Part shown: piece after piece, positions 48,591-63,194 of the stretch
Numbering within the stretch: position 1 is the first letter of the stretch
Layout of the letters: each line of letters begins with the position of its first letter
DNA from: Octopus sinensis
Taxonomy: Eukaryota
DNA: 64,000 bases
Direction: 5' to 3'
NCBI RefSeq assembly: GCF_006345805.1
Contig: NC_043014.1
Location: 34,782,001 to 34,846,000, forward strand
The notes under the pieces: generated by a model
What the model was told of the DNA's origin: nothing
What the model saw: only the letters and a program-made list of their open reading frames with translations
The model's database searches: none
Program-made: the position numbers and the translations under genes

Positions 48591-49399
48591 TCAAGTCATC
48601 CCAAAACCACGAACAGTTATAGTTTCAGGTACAGACTGCTAATGATATCATCATCATCATCATCATTTAACATTCATTTTCCATGCTGGCATGGGTTAGA
48701 GGGTTTGACTAGGGACTGGCAAGCCAGGAGGCTGCACCAAACTCCAATCTGATCTGGCAATGTTTCTACAGCTGGATGCCCTCCCTAACGCCATCCATTC
48801 CGAGAATGTAGTGGGTGCTTTTTACGTGCCACTGGCACAGGAGCCAGTTGGGTAGCACCTGCATCAGCCACATTCGGATGGTGCTTTTTACATGCTATCG
48901 GAACAGGAGCCAGTCGGGGCGGTAGTGCTGGCATCAACCACTTTCGGATGTTGCTTTTTATGTGCCACCAGTACCGGAAGGCAGTCAGGTGGCACTGGCA
49001 TCGACTCATGCATGAATGATGCTTATTGCATGTCACCAGCATGGAAGCCAGTCAGGCAGCACTGGCACTGGCCACAACTACAATATCCATTTTGATTTTG
49101 ATTTGATTGAGATTCTGATTTTACTTGGCTGAATAGGTTTCCTCAAGCATGGCATGAGGCCCAATGTTTGAAAAAAAAAATGTACTGGAATGTACTGGCA
49201 GCATTTCTCAGACCAAAAGGCATAGATAGGAATTAAAATGAACCAAACGGAGTGGTTACAGCAGTTTTAGCTATATCTTCTGAGTTCATTGGGTTTTGGT
49301 GGTATGCACATACCAGATCTACTTTGGAAAATATAGTGCAATCATGGAGTACATAAAAAAAGTCCCTTAAGTTGGGTAGGGGATAGTGATTGGGCATGG

Positions 49400-51879
49400 T
49401 AATAGTATTAAGTTTCCTGAATTACCAACAGGTCTGAAATCCACTTTATTCTTCTGAGCTAAATATAGCGGAGATGCCCAAGGGCTAGCAGAAGGATGTA
49501 TAAGACCAAGCTGGAGCATGTGCTTGAATTCAGCACGGGCTTTCTTGAGTCTGCTGGATGAGAGAAAATAGTGGGGTCAGTTGTTGTAATAAAATGTTGA
49601 GTTGAGTGGACTGTCTGGGAAGGTTTAAAGGAGAAATCCGTTAACTCAAGCAACGAGGAAAGCAGCATATGGAACTGGTTATTGGCAGCAGCTACAAAAA
49701 AATGATAGGCTAAGGATAGTAGTGGTAGATCCACTTGCAGGCATAAATAAAGATTGGTAGTATCCACAAGTCTCTGTTTCCTGACACCTACCAGAAGTGA
49801 ATAGTGGTTTAAGAAATCCACCCTAAGGATAGGATGCAGCAGGTCAGCAATGACAAAAGTCCATTTAAAATCTCAACGCAATGCAACGTCTTTCAGTTAA
49901 AGAAACCTGACCATAGGTTTTGATGGGAGAGTGATTCACTGCATATAAGGAAATACTGGATAACTGTGGCTTGTTAGAGCTGAACCATAATGGCAAAATA
50001 CTGCAACTTGATCCTGTATCGACCATGAACGACCTGTTTGAGTCTAGGTCCCTAATGAAGAAAGCACGATTAGCTGAAAAGTTGTGAGAGAGGTCTGATG
50101 CATCCAGGCTCTCTAGGTTCAGTTTTCCGATACTTTAAAAGCACAAGGTTTGTTACAATGATGTACCTTGTCGTGAAAACGTGCATGGTACCAACACACC
50201 GAAGAATTGTTGGTTGAAAAAGTGTTACGTCGTTTAGAAAAAGAAGAGTGGCTTCGCAAATTGAGCTATTTGGCGTGTTAAACTGTTGATAGCCTTCAAC
50301 ATGGCGTCTTCATTTTTATTATTAGGCTGCTGTTGAGAAGATGATGAAGCAATAACTGAATCAACCGCAGTGGGTCTGTGAATTCCATTATTTTATCTTC
50401 GGACGGAACTATTTGATCTATGGTGTTGGTGTCAACCATGTTTGCTAATATTGTTTGTACATTAGTTGGTAAGTGGGAAAAAATAATTTCTTTATGAAGA
50501 AACTGTCCGCTGGTGTGTTGTCACTAAGTTCTCTAAACCGCCTAAGAAATTCTGAAAATCACCCAGGTTCTCATCTTGTAACAAAGCAGGGAAACGGCTT
50601 TCTGCTGATATGGAATTTCTGCGTAGTATTTTGGTTCTCAAAGCATCGTAGGTCACTCTTTGTGGAAGATTTGTGATGATATCTTTAACGGTGTCTGCTA
50701 ATATGGTGGGAATGCCACTAATAAGCACGTGTAGCTTTTGTGGAGTGGCTTGTATACCATGTGCTGTGAAATAAGAATCAAGCTGTGCAAACCATAGCTT
50801 AGTGTTGCCGGAATAAGCTGGTATGGAAGTGTTACTCATGATTATAACAAAGAACAGGTGTGACAAGTGACTTTCTTGTTGGTCGTGGAAGACACAAAAT
50901 TATTTCAAAATTAGAATATCAGAGGTGCTGATAGAGTAATATAGAAATTACCATGAAAAGTGTAGTATGGCATTGATGTACCATTTGCTGTGGTTTGCGT
51001 ATCTAGACGAATTGAGTTTGCTATATTATCATAGTGAAGTGGCTATCGTGTTCTTAATGTTGGGTTCACTATTTTATAGTGATGTCAGGGTTATCCATTT
51101 TTGGTGGTAACATTGGCTTAATGACACATTATAATTTAGTCGGTATGAGAGAAACCGTGATCACTGTGACCGACCAGGTTATCAGATGTCGCTACACATC
51201 GCTGGTCACAATGTGTTTCTCATTGTTTTAGCCTTCAAATGATGCCACCCCTCTGGCTAAGCGAACAGGCCAACAGAAGAAAGAATGAGAGAAAGTTGTG
51301 GCGAAAGAGTGCAGCAGGGATTGCCACCAACCCCTGCCGGAGCTTCATGGAGCTTTAGGTGTTTTCGCTCAATAAACATTCACAACGCCTGGTCTGGGAA
51401 TCGAAACTGCGATCCTACAACCGCGAGTCCGCTGCCCTAACCACTGGGCCATTGTGCCTCCATGAGAGAAACAACAACAAGAAAACAGAAATTCATGAGA
51501 CGCTTGTGATAAGTCATAACTTTTATTACTAGAGGTAATACGTTAACATAAAAGGTTAATTGAAGGAAAGCTTATAACATTACATGAATGTGTTCTGTTT
51601 GCAGGCACATGTCTCCAAGTAAGTAAGATGAACGTGAATGCAAGCAGATGTAAAGTGTGACAGCTTGACTCAAAGCCAGCCTAAGGCTAGACAGTCATGG
51701 AGTGGCATGAATTTAGAATTTCTTTCCTTTATATAAGGGATGGACTGGAAGTCCTCGACTTCCACGTAAACTGGAAGCTTTCAGAAAGGTCTCAAACATT
51801 CTAGAAGCTCGAGGGAGATTACTCTCGTTAAATCCCTTTTCCGTTTTGCTTCCTGTCGTAGCCACCAGGGGTCACTACA
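49400..51879 (-). mobile_element. Ty3/Gypsy retrotransposon remnant: 5' LTR (51075-51879, SINE-interrupted), PBS, gag, protease; 3' truncated
   Basis: LTR ends TGTAGTG...CACTATA; PBS-like TAGTGAACCC at 51062-51071; gag PAYSGNTKLWFAQLDSYF...LLQDENLGD; CWYHARFHDKVHHCNKPC motif; DFLNHYSLLVGVRKQRLVD after the protease region. Confidence 0.85.
51154..51461 (-). mobile_element. SINE family C variant inside the Gypsy LTR, with 11-bp TSD
   Basis: ATGAGAGAAAC on both sides; same head as 5696-6080 but a different 3' tail. Confidence 0.85.
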
Positions 51880-52836
51880 GAGTCATCCAATGTATACCCA
51901 GGATGTTTCTCAAACATTGCTGATGAAAGTGCCCACGTGATTTTAGGTGATGGCACTACACTATCCATGTTCCACATGAAAATAATTGGCATGTTAATAT
52001 GCAGACATTGTAGACCGTCAATTAGGTGTTATTTTTCAAGATTCTCTGGCACCAGAAATGATCCTTTAGAGTGATAAAAGCATCAGTGGCTGCTTTTATT
52101 TGTGTGGTAAGCTCATCATCTAAAGAGCAGCATCGGTTGATAGAGCTACACAGGTTTGAAACTTATCAACATACATAAATACATACATACAACATATGTA
52201 TTGCAGGAATGGCTGTGTGGTAAGTAGCTTGTTTAACAACCACATGGTTCTGGGTTCAGTCCCACTGTGTGGCACCTTGGGCAAGTGTCTTCTACTATAG
52301 CTTCGGGCTGATCAGAAGGCGCACACTCTCCTACCCTGATGTAATCTCCAGGGATACCTGTCACCCAGCAACAGGACTTCCGTAATGCTATGATGGACCG
52401 TGAAGTCTGGCATAACATAGTAAATTCCATTGTCTTGACCACGGTCGAACAATGATGATGATGATGATATGTATATTTGTATGTATGTGTGTGTGTTTGT
52501 TCCCACCCAACATCACTTGACAATCAATGTTGGTGTGCTTACATCCCTGTAACTTAGCGGTTTGGGAAAAGAGACCGATTAAATAAGTACTAGGGCTTAC
52601 GAAGAATAAGTTCTGGGTTTGATTTGCTTGACTAAAGGCGGTGAGCATGACCGCAGTCAAATGTCTGAAACAAGTAAGAGAGTATGTGTATATATATATA
52701 TATATATTTCAGCAGAAATTTTTAATGTAGTCATTGGTAATGGCCAGTCAGGGAGTTACCAAATACATGCACATATATGTATATATATATAGACAGATAT
52801 CTTTTCTGTGTTTCAGCCCATAAACACATATATGTA

Positions 52837-54097
52837 CAGGGTGTGGAAGCAAAATTTACAATATTTTGAGGTAGGGATTGAAAGACAGTGTATGACCAAT
52901 TTGTTTATTGAAAGTCATGAGAATTTATTTGCCACATGAAAATTTACATAATAGAAAATGTTTTTATTCTATGTATCTTCCTTCTTTCTCAATAACTGCC
53001 TTCACACGCTTCCTGAAACTTGCACACGTGTTCCTCAAATATCTGGGAGACAACTTCTCTCATTCTTCTTTAACAGTATCTTTAAGAGAGTCAACGTTGC
53101 TGTGTGATGTTCTAAAATGCCCCAAATAGCATAATCCAGAGGGTTTAGATCTGGGCTAGAAGGCAGTCATAAACATGATTCCAAGAAATTGCTAAAGTTG
53201 GATTTGCAGAAATCTTGTATTTTTCTAGCTGTGTGGGCTGGAACCTCATCCTGTGTCCATTCATAATTACCATCTGGGTAGTTTGCTTTAAGCCATGGCA
53301 ATACCTGGTATCTCAGAGTCTTGTAGTAAGTATTAACATTGATCTTTTCATCAGCTTTGTAGAATTTTATAAGCATTTTCTTTCCATCGGAAGCCACAAC
53401 ACCAAAAGCCATAACTTGAGCAGGATGTTTTGTTTTGAATGTCCCCTTAACCTCAGCTGTCGATTTTGCAGTAAATCTGTCATTTCTGTGGTTCAGAACA
53501 GCATCGACAGTGAAGATTGTTTCATCTGAAAAGATCGTTACAATGGAGGACTTTTTCTTGAACCATGTAATAATTTTCTTGCACCTTTCCAATCTCTTTT
53601 CCTTCATAACTGATGTCAACAAGTGTTTTGGTGTTTTAACCTCAAATCATATTTTATTGCATTTCTAATCATCTTGTTCTCCACCTCAAGTTCAATTACC
53701 ATTTTTATCATGGATTTGGTTGGAACCTTTAGAATTTGGGATTTGAGAGTTTTAATAAAAGCTTTTGTACGTTTTTTGTTGATTCCTCCGCTTCCAGACT
53801 TCCTCGTAATAGTTTTGCTCATAGTCATTCTATTCTTTACATTATAAACAGTTTTTATGGACACTCCAACTATTCTTGAAATCTCGTTTGGTGTGACAGG
53901 TGCATTCAGCAAATCACACACTCTTTGACGTTTGCTTTCCTGATTACTCATATGGGCAAAAGTTTCTGAAAAGGTAAGGATAATAGTGTTAGGTATGATT
54001 ATGACATTAATATATGCTAGGTTTCAAAACAATTGACTTAGTGCCTGCTGAGAAAAAACAACTTAACGTTCATTGTAAATTTTGCTTCCCCACCCAG
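52837..54097 (-). mobile_element. maT-family (DD37D) transposon, full length, decayed transposase
   Basis: 26-bp TIR CAGGGTGTGGAAGCAAAATTTACAAT (2 mismatches) with TA flanks; FSDE...QD followed by 37 residues to PDLNPLD; frameshift near 53620 and a W-to-stop change near 53168. Confidence 0.92.
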
Positions 54098-56370
54098 TAT
54101 ATATATATATAGATAGATATCTTTTATGTGTTTCAGCCCATAAACTGTAGCAATGCTGGAACCTCTTTCTTTAGTTGGCATTTGGTGAATGAGAGTTCTA
54201 AGTTAGTACCCTTAGTTATATTTCTTTACTACATAGACAGCTGTTTTGGAAATTGCAAATAGTAAAAAGTCCTGTTGCTTTCAGAAGATATCTACATCCA
54301 CATCATATAAGTCTCCTAAGTTTTTGACTGTGAGCCTTTGAACCCTAAACTATTACAGTATTACAGTACCTGGTCCTCAATCTGGATGGTAACGATGGAA
54401 ACTTTAGTTCTATACAGTTGCGCCATGTTTGGGGATTAGTACAATTTTCAATGCCAAAGTTTGGTGCAAGACATTCAAGGATCTTCCAGACATATACTAT
54501 TGCATATCATTCCTCTTTTTGCTCAAAAGAGTAGAGCCTTAACTTTTTCAGTCATTCTCAGTTGCTGATCTGCTGCATTGGAGCAATCATTTTCATGTTG
54601 CAGTATTGAATTGCTTCAAGTTCTGACATTAATTATACACTATAATTGGGAACCATGATCTAGATGGTCGAGGACAAATGTCCCCCAGAAGTCTATCATG
54701 GTTTGCTGCCATCTTATTCTGAAAGTTGTAAGAATTAATTTGGCCAGCCACACACGCAAATGTCACTCTCTCTTTACACACACACACACATATATATGTG
54801 TGTGTGTGTTACCTATATGTTACACACACACACATATATGTGTGTGTGTGTTACCTATATGTTACACACACACACATATATATATAGGCGCATGAGTGGC
54901 TGTGTGGTAAGTAGCTTGCTTATCAACCACATGGTTCTGGGTTCAGTCCCACAGCGTGGCACCTTGGGCAAGTGTTTCTACTATAGCTTCATGCTGACCA
55001 AAGCCTTGTGAGTGGATTTGGTAGAGGGAAACTGAAAGAAGCCCATAGTATACATATATATATATGTTTGTGTGTCTGTGTTTGTCCCCCACCAACATCG
55101 CTTGACAACCGATGCTGGTGTATTTGGCCAAAGACAGCTAGAATAAGTACTATCTTACAAAGAATACGTCCTGGGGTTGATTTGCTCGACTAAAGACAGT
55201 GCTCCAGCATGGCCACAGTCAAATGACTGAAACAAACAAAGCAATAAAATAATATATATATATTCTGTTGGAAGAAAGAGTACTCAATACCATAAAAAAA
55301 ATTAATAACATTTTTATTTTGGCTTAGTTACTTTCTTGCTCCTCTGGGTAGTTAGAGTAGCATGGGATCTCTAACTTCCAAGTTTTATTTATTTGAGTTC
55401 ATGTCAGTTATCCATGGTGTTGATATGATTTATTAATATATTTGATTTGAAAGAGGTATTTACAGTGTGTATTGATAATTTAATTTTTATGAGGTTTTTT
55501 TCGTAAGTAAAAAAATAGTTTAAACGTTTACATAGGATCTTCAGACCGGTTTATACATGCACACACATATACATATACGGGAGTAGCTCACTGAGAAGAT
55601 GACAAGTGACTGAAACAGCTTCAGAAGGTACATAAAGCTAAGTAAAATTATGGCCACCCATACATATGGGCATGTTCCTTATGGCCATGTCTCACACTTC
55701 CTCTCTCAGCTGAGAGGTCGTTGCCTTGCAGGCTTGCAGGTGCTGGTGCCATGTAAAAAGCACATTTTTGGGGCATGAAAAAAGCACCTTTGCTAACTAG
55801 CCCCAGTGAAACTGTCCAACCCATGCTAACATGGGAAATGGACACTGAATGATGATAATTATATAGATACATAATTATCATCATCATTTAATGTTCATCC
55901 AACCCACTGGCATGGGTTGGATGGTTTTATTTTCTCTTATTCCTTTCTGTTGAAGAGCATAGGCTCGAAACATAAAAGACTTTTTCACTTTCCCAAGCAT
56001 CAAACTAATACACCAGCTTGTTGTTCATACACCTGTTTCCGTCTTTTTTTTTCTATAAATTTCAACTATATAAATACACACACATAAATATATGTAGGTG
56101 TTAGGAAAGGCATCCAGCTGTAGAAACCATGCCAAATCAGACTGGAGTCTGGTGCAGCTCTCCAGCTCTGATCAAGCCATCCAACCCATACCACCATAGA
56201 GAACGGACATTAAATGATAATGATATATACATATAAATATATACTATTTATATGATGAGTGCTCAGCATTTTAAAACTGTTGTAATACTTACAACATTTA
56301 ATAAAATGATGTAGTACGAAACGATCGTACCAAATTACCGGAGTCATTCTTGTTGCTTATTTTGCATATA

Positions 56371-56666
56371 AATATATATATATATATATATACATACACA
56401 CACACACATATATCTATGTATGTATATATGCATTTATATATGTATGCATAAACCAAGGGAGAGATAACTGAAGGAATTACTTGCCATTAGATAGCATACA
56501 TTCTATTTCTAGAACTATAAATCTTTGAATGGCAATGACCCTTAAGCTATACCGTCAGCCCTTGTGGACACGTCACAGCTCAATGATGTCTGTATAGGCA
56601 ATTATTTAAAAAATGTTCATTGAAAGAAAAATACATACACACACACATATTGGATATATAAACTTG

Positions 56667-56708
<42 letters not shown>

Positions 56709-56970
56709 TAAATATATATCTATGTATGTATATATGCATTTATATATGTATGCATAAACCAAGGGAGAGATAACTGAAGGAATTACTTGCCATTAGATAG
56801 CATACATTCTATTTCTAGAACTATAAATCTTTGAATGGCAATGACCCTTAAGCTATACCGTCAGCCCTTGTGGACACGTCACAGCTCAATGATGTCTGTA
56901 TAGGCAATTATTTAAAAAATGTTCCTTGAAAGAAAAATACATACACACACACATATTGGATATATAAACT

Positions 56971-57000
<30 letters not shown>
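56371..57000. repeat. 306-bp direct tandem duplication bounded by microsatellites
   Basis: AACCAAGGGAG at 56451 and 56757; one substitution seen in the unique part. Confidence 0.9.
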
Positions 57001-57020
<20 letters not shown>

Positions 57021-58075
57021 CATGTATATATATATAGATGTATATGTATTTATGTATATATAAAAATATTTGTATGTATATATATATATATATGCATGTA
57101 TATGTCTATATATATGCATATATACGTAAATATACACACAGACATGTATCTCTCTCTCTATATATATAGTATAATACATACATATAGAAATATGTGTATA
57201 TATTATGCATACACACACACACGTGAGTGCATAATATATATATATATATCTATACACATTATTCTATATATAGATATATGTACATATATACATTTATTTG
57301 TATATGTGTGTGTATTGAACTATATAAATATGTGTATGTGTGTACTGAACTATATATATATGTGTAAGTGTGTGTGTATACATATGTATATGTTGTGGGT
57401 TATATAAGGCTTTGACATTAAGCTCACTGTGAAAGCCTCACTGAGTCACCAACAGTTCAAACCTAGCTCCCTTTTACTCTCTCTGGATGACCTCACCCAT
57501 TTTCGTTCTCGCTTTTTTTTTGTTGTTGTTGTCCTTTTCAATGCTTCTGAGCCAATCCTACTGGTGTATATATATATCAAGTTAGAAACGTAATAAAGGA
57601 TATTCGCATATCGAAAGAAAAGTCAGACGGCCAGGGAAATAGGTAAATAGCCAGACAAATAAACAAATAGATCATGTAGGAAAGTGTTGAATACATTCAC
57701 ACTTATGTGTATTATATATATTACACACATACACATATATATATACACATATATGTATATATATACATATATGTATATGTGTATATATACATTCACACAT
57801 ATATATATGTATATATATATGCACACAGATAAGTATATATGTATTTGAACATAATCAGACTTATATGCGCTGTGTGTATAGTTTTCATATACATACACAT
57901 AAATATACATGTATGTATGTGAGTATATATATATATATACACACAAATACATAGAAGCATACTTGTATACATATATGTGTTCAACTAGCCACATGTATCT
58001 ATACATATCCATCTCTATATACATACATTTCTGTCTCTTGCATATATATATATATATGTATATACACACACATAC
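56960..58075. repeat. Extended degenerate (TA)/(TG)/(CA) microsatellite field; similar fields at 26845-27122, 38000-38125, 33805-33905 ((CAA)/(CAG))
   Basis: Direct reading of the sequence. Confidence 0.95.
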
Positions 58076-58150
58076 ATGCAGAGGGGCAAATAGATAAGGA
58101 CCCGGGCTGCTGTGTAGTGGTGAAAACTGAAGTGGATGGGTCGTCGGTTT
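58076..58150 (-). other. Candidate 75-nt exon of a minus-strand transcript divergent from the 59.4 kb gene
   Basis: Strong acceptor (T11-CAG), donor CAT|GTATGT, CpG-containing; all three frames are open. Confidence 0.35.
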
Positions 58151-59435
58151 CTGAAAAAAAAAAAAGAATCGATAATATTTGACCCAATACAAGACTGATG
58201 GCTTGGACAGTAATGATGGTAGGAACTGTAAAAGGGGAAGCAGAACGAGAACGAAACCATTTACTCCTCGATAAATCCAACTACACAATTCCATACTTAT
58301 AGGAATGATAAACTCCTAAGTTTCCTAACCGGCGTGTGTCTGTGTGCGTGAGCACACATACATGTATATATATATATATACATACACACATATATAAATA
58401 TATATATGTGCTTGAAGGCTAATGTAGGTAGGTGCGTGTATGGCTTGTTCGCTATAAACTGTGATTATGCTTTTTTTTTTGATCCAATGACAAACTGGCG
58501 TACATTTACCGCCCGTTCATACCAGAAGGGGTCAGTCAACAAGACAGTGGAGCTGCTAGTTATTATTATTTATTTTTATATATATATATTATTATTCGTG
58601 TCCGTTTGGGCGACATTTAGATTGCACTGTCCATTTCAATTTCCAGTCGACATATTCAGAAGAGTTTGTGTAGTGCCAGCCAAGCTTAAAAGACATTTAG
58701 GAAAAAACCAGCAGCGGCTCAGCTGATTGTGAATATTATTACTTCTCTCTTTTATCACAGCAAAACTATCCGATCTGAATCACGTCTTAATTCCTCCCTC
58801 TCTGTCTCTTTCACTTTCTCTTCTCTCAATTTTTCGTTCAATGTTTCTATCTCTCTCGGTTCTCTCCTCACCGCTTCGTCTCTCTTTCTCTCTATTATTG
58901 ACTGGTTATTATTTAACGGTGTGTGTCTGTGTCATGAATGCCTTACCCACAATACATGTGGCCGTCGGCGCCGCAAAAACAAGAACAATAACAAAAGCGG
59001 TTGCAGAGAATATCAACAATCTTGGACATCGACCACGACACATTACTACTACCACTACTACTACTACTACCCAACAACACCATACAGAATCTAACTTTCA
59101 CCGACATTAAATGCCGACCACCACTACTACCCATTACTAACATAAGCAACAACAACAATAACAACAGCAGCAGCAGCAGCAACAATAAGGAGTTCTATAA
59201 GCAGTAGCGGCAGCATTAGCATCAGCAGCAGCAGCATTAACATCAGCAGCAGCAGTCAGTCAGTCAGCTAAACTACCACCACGACGATCACGACGACGAC
59301 GAGTGCGACGGCAACCGCGGTAGAAGCGTCGGCGATTGCCGGATTCTGCCGAAGTGGAACTGCACCAGTAATCGGTGCATCTGATTAGTCTCCGTAGTTG
59401 TCCGGACACTAAATAGCTGTATATTATTATTCAAA

Positions 59436-59511
59436 ATGGCCTCATCAACATCAGCAGCAGTAGCGGTGACGGCGACTGGCAGCAGGTCGGCCACTCCGAA
59501 TGAAAAACAAG
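59436..59511 (+). CDS. Probable first coding exon of an unidentified gene (MASSTSAAVAVTATGSRSATPNEKQ-)
   Basis: aaaATGG context, in-frame upstream TGA at 59382, donor CAA G|GTAATG, and a CpG-rich leader (58.9-59.5 kb) with trinucleotide repeats. Confidence 0.6.
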
Positions 59512-62500
59512 GTAATGATGCTTGGATGGCGGGGGGAAAAGATTTTTACATATTCATATTTAGAGGTTTTAGCATAATATATGCCTTTATATTTACTTAC
59601 CGCACACCAATCGGCTTTTAATGGGGGCGATTGGTTGTTGCTTCCCATCTTCATTCACAACTATTTTTTTATCTTCAATTTATTTCGTTTTTCTTTGTTT
59701 TGTATGCTTATATATGTGTGTGTATGTATATTTTTACTAATCCCATAAATATGATATTGTTTTCTTATAATTATTAATTTTTTTTTACCCTTCTATATCT
59801 CACGCTTCGAAAACCATTTTAACTTTTCTCCCCCTATATATACATACATATATATATATATATATAATATGTATATATATATAGTCTAGTACAGGTGTAT
59901 ATATATATATATATTATGTTAAAATTTTCAAAAGTAAACATTTTGCCTGCGACTTTTCTTTTCTTTCTGTCTCCCTGTCCTGTTATTTACCTGAAGATTT
60001 TTTGTCTTTTATTTACCAAAACCGAACAAGTTTGTTGCAAGAAGAAAACAACATACAAGCAAAAAAAAAATAAGAAAGCAAAAAGGAAACAAACAAAATA
60101 TCATCTTTTCCCCGAAACTTGTCTAATATTTTTCTATTAAGTTTTCAGTACTTCACATTGAAGGTGTCTGTAGTCGGTAAGAGTGAGGAGGGGGGGATGT
60201 TAGGCAAGCACTTTGCCTAATTAACGTCCACTCTTCCTCACTTTGTCGTCCTAATTCCTGGCTGTAATACTACCTCTACATTGTTTAACTGACCGCAGTA
60301 CCTACCTTCCTATCATTAGTTTATTCCTATTTTCTTCTTTTCCTTTTGCTCTTTTTATTTTTTTCTTCTTACCTTATTGTGTTTAACTAGTGAAAAAAAA
60401 AAAAAACGGTCAAACTCTCCCCCACTTACGACTTGATGACATTCTTATATTTCATGTGTTTGCGTATATAATATAAAAAATGTATATAATGTTCGCCAAC
60501 AGCAATTCCAGCTTCTGTGCATTGTTTACATATGAATATTATTATGTTTACATAACAGTATTAGTTTTGTAATCTTTACATGTGATCAATATTACATTTG
60601 TAATATTTACATGTGAATGTAAATATATATATATATGTGTGTGTGTGTGTGTCCATATGAATATGTATGTGTACGTAATGAATATGTATTTTTACATACA
60701 TATTCATTCGTAAACATTACATGTATGTTTACATATATATATATATTATAAATTGACGGTTAATTGTAATAGATATATATATATATATTATAAATTGACG
60801 GTTCAATTTGCAATTTATATGTATGTATATATATTATATATATATATATATTATATATATATATATATACACATTGACGGTTAATTTTAATATAAACGAT
60901 GTGTCTCATTAGAATAATGAGCTTGAGACTGAAAGTTGGTACTTATGTTCCAACCGCACAGACCAGCTGTATATATATATATATATATATAATGTACACA
61001 CATAATGAAAAACCTTTTTAAATATAACCCAAGAAATTGAATCAGTCCATTTCCCCTTTTATGTTATATCATATTGGTCTGAAAACTACAACTCGGACCT
61101 AATTTTGTATAATCTTAATTTCTCAAATAATGACTTATGCTATGCCTAGATGTTGTTCACAATGATATAGATTTAACACAATCGTCCATAGATGCTCACG
61201 TCCATTGTTTGTGTTATACACCCCCCTCTCCGCCCACAAATAATTTATCTTCTTATCCGAGCACATGTATTTGGTACTGCATCCTATGGTTTCGCTGCAT
61301 GTCGCATTGTGGATCTTCACTAACGCACTGACTACTTACGAACGTGCATTGTTTAATATAAAGACGGTGTTCATAGTGTAAACAATCCACTGCACTGCAC
61401 ATGCTTCTATTGCTCCACAACTGATTGGTCATAGATTTTCATTATTTATATTTAGAGGAAAAACATTAAAAAAAAAAAAATTCTTTGACAAACAATAAAG
61501 AGAATGCGAGCGAGAAAGAGAGGGAGACGGACAAAGAGAGAAAAAATGTTTAGTTGTATTATATTGTATTATATTTAAACTATTTCTTGGTCATTGTTTA
61601 GTTTGTAGTCTGTAAATTGCTACCAACTTCTTGTTTTTAAGTTCAACCAGCCCAGCCAGACACTTAAGAGGCAGCTGCTAGGGTTTATTTATCTATTTAA
61701 CAAACCTGTTTGTTTAATAAAAGACTTGGCTGTGGGAATCATCGGAAATACTTCGCCGCATAACAGTTGCTACGAGAGAGAGAGAGAGAAAGAAAAGCAA
61801 ACAAATGAAACGAAACAGCAAAATTAATATTAGGAGACCGAACAAGATAATGAAGCGAATCTTGAACTAGTGTCGTTACTTGCACAAGTATACTTGTCCA
61901 GGCAAGTTATTATTTAGGACAAACCAGTGGTGGGTGACATTCCTATTTTGGTCGTGGCCAACAAATAAGTAGTTACAAGAATCATGAAGCATGTTATAAA
62001 TGATTTGATAATGTTCATAGGATGTACAACCTTTACCCCAAAAGGCAGTGCATACACTGACCCGTTTTGGCGGGTAAGGTTTTATTTGGTTTTAATAAGA
62101 TTAGTTGGCCTGAGAGGAACTTCAGGATTTATGACTACAAACTTGAGAATGTGTATAGGTTATTTAAATTTTATCTTACATAAATCATAGTTTATATAAA
62201 GTGTGTTTATACTGTTACTGTATGAGGTCCTCTTCTCCAGCTCAATCAGGCAAACTAGCTCCAGTTGGAGATAACAAAAGAATGGTCACACTCCTACATC
62301 ATGGTTAAGTGATTAGTGGTAGGATGGGTATCCAGCTGTAAAGATAATTGATCCAACACGTAATGGTGTCCGAAAATGTAGAAAAATTAACTTAATAAAG
62401 CATTATGTATAAAGTACATATGAATATATCTGTAAACGTGTGTGTGTATATATATATGTATATATATATACTTTATAATTAGGGTTCAGCAAAGATTTGC

Positions 62501-63194
62501 TTCACCACATACCGAAGTTTAGAAATAGCAGTCAAAAAATCTTAGCTATTCCTCACACACACACACACATATATATATTCTTTTATACTTTTACTTGTTT
62601 CAGTCATTTTGACTGTGGAGCACAGCCTTTTAGTTGAAGAAATCGAACCCAGGATTTATTCTTTGTAAGCCTGTTACTTTTTCTATCGATTCTCTTTTGC
62701 CGAACTGCTAAGTTACAGGGACGTAAACACACCAAGATCGGTTGTCAAGCAATGGTAGAGAGATAAACACAGACAAAAACACACAAATATATACATACAT
62801 ATATACGACAGGCTTCTTTCTGTTTCTGTCTACCAAATCCACTCAGGAGGCTTTAGTTGATGCTATAGTTGAAAACACTTGTCCAAGGTGCCACACAGTG
62901 GAACTGAACTGCAACCAAATGGTTGGGAAGCAAGCTTCCATATTTCTTTTAAATTGCCATAGTGGCATTACATTGAGAGGAACACTACAACACATGTGGG
63001 TACAAAATATGATGCTATGAATGACACATGAAAAATGTTAAAATCAAAATATCAAAATAATGATACATGAATGATAACTTGAGAAATGAGTATATGAAAA
63101 GTGTGTTACTCACCCCACACTGAGTAACACCACTCGCCACCTCTGAGTCCTGAGTCCCCTTTAGTCTTTGATCTAGTCTTTCCTTTTTCCCCCA

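Noticed and set aside
55575-55625. Possible further hammerhead-like remnants (also near 29090-29160)
   Set aside because: Core and stems are too degenerate to support.
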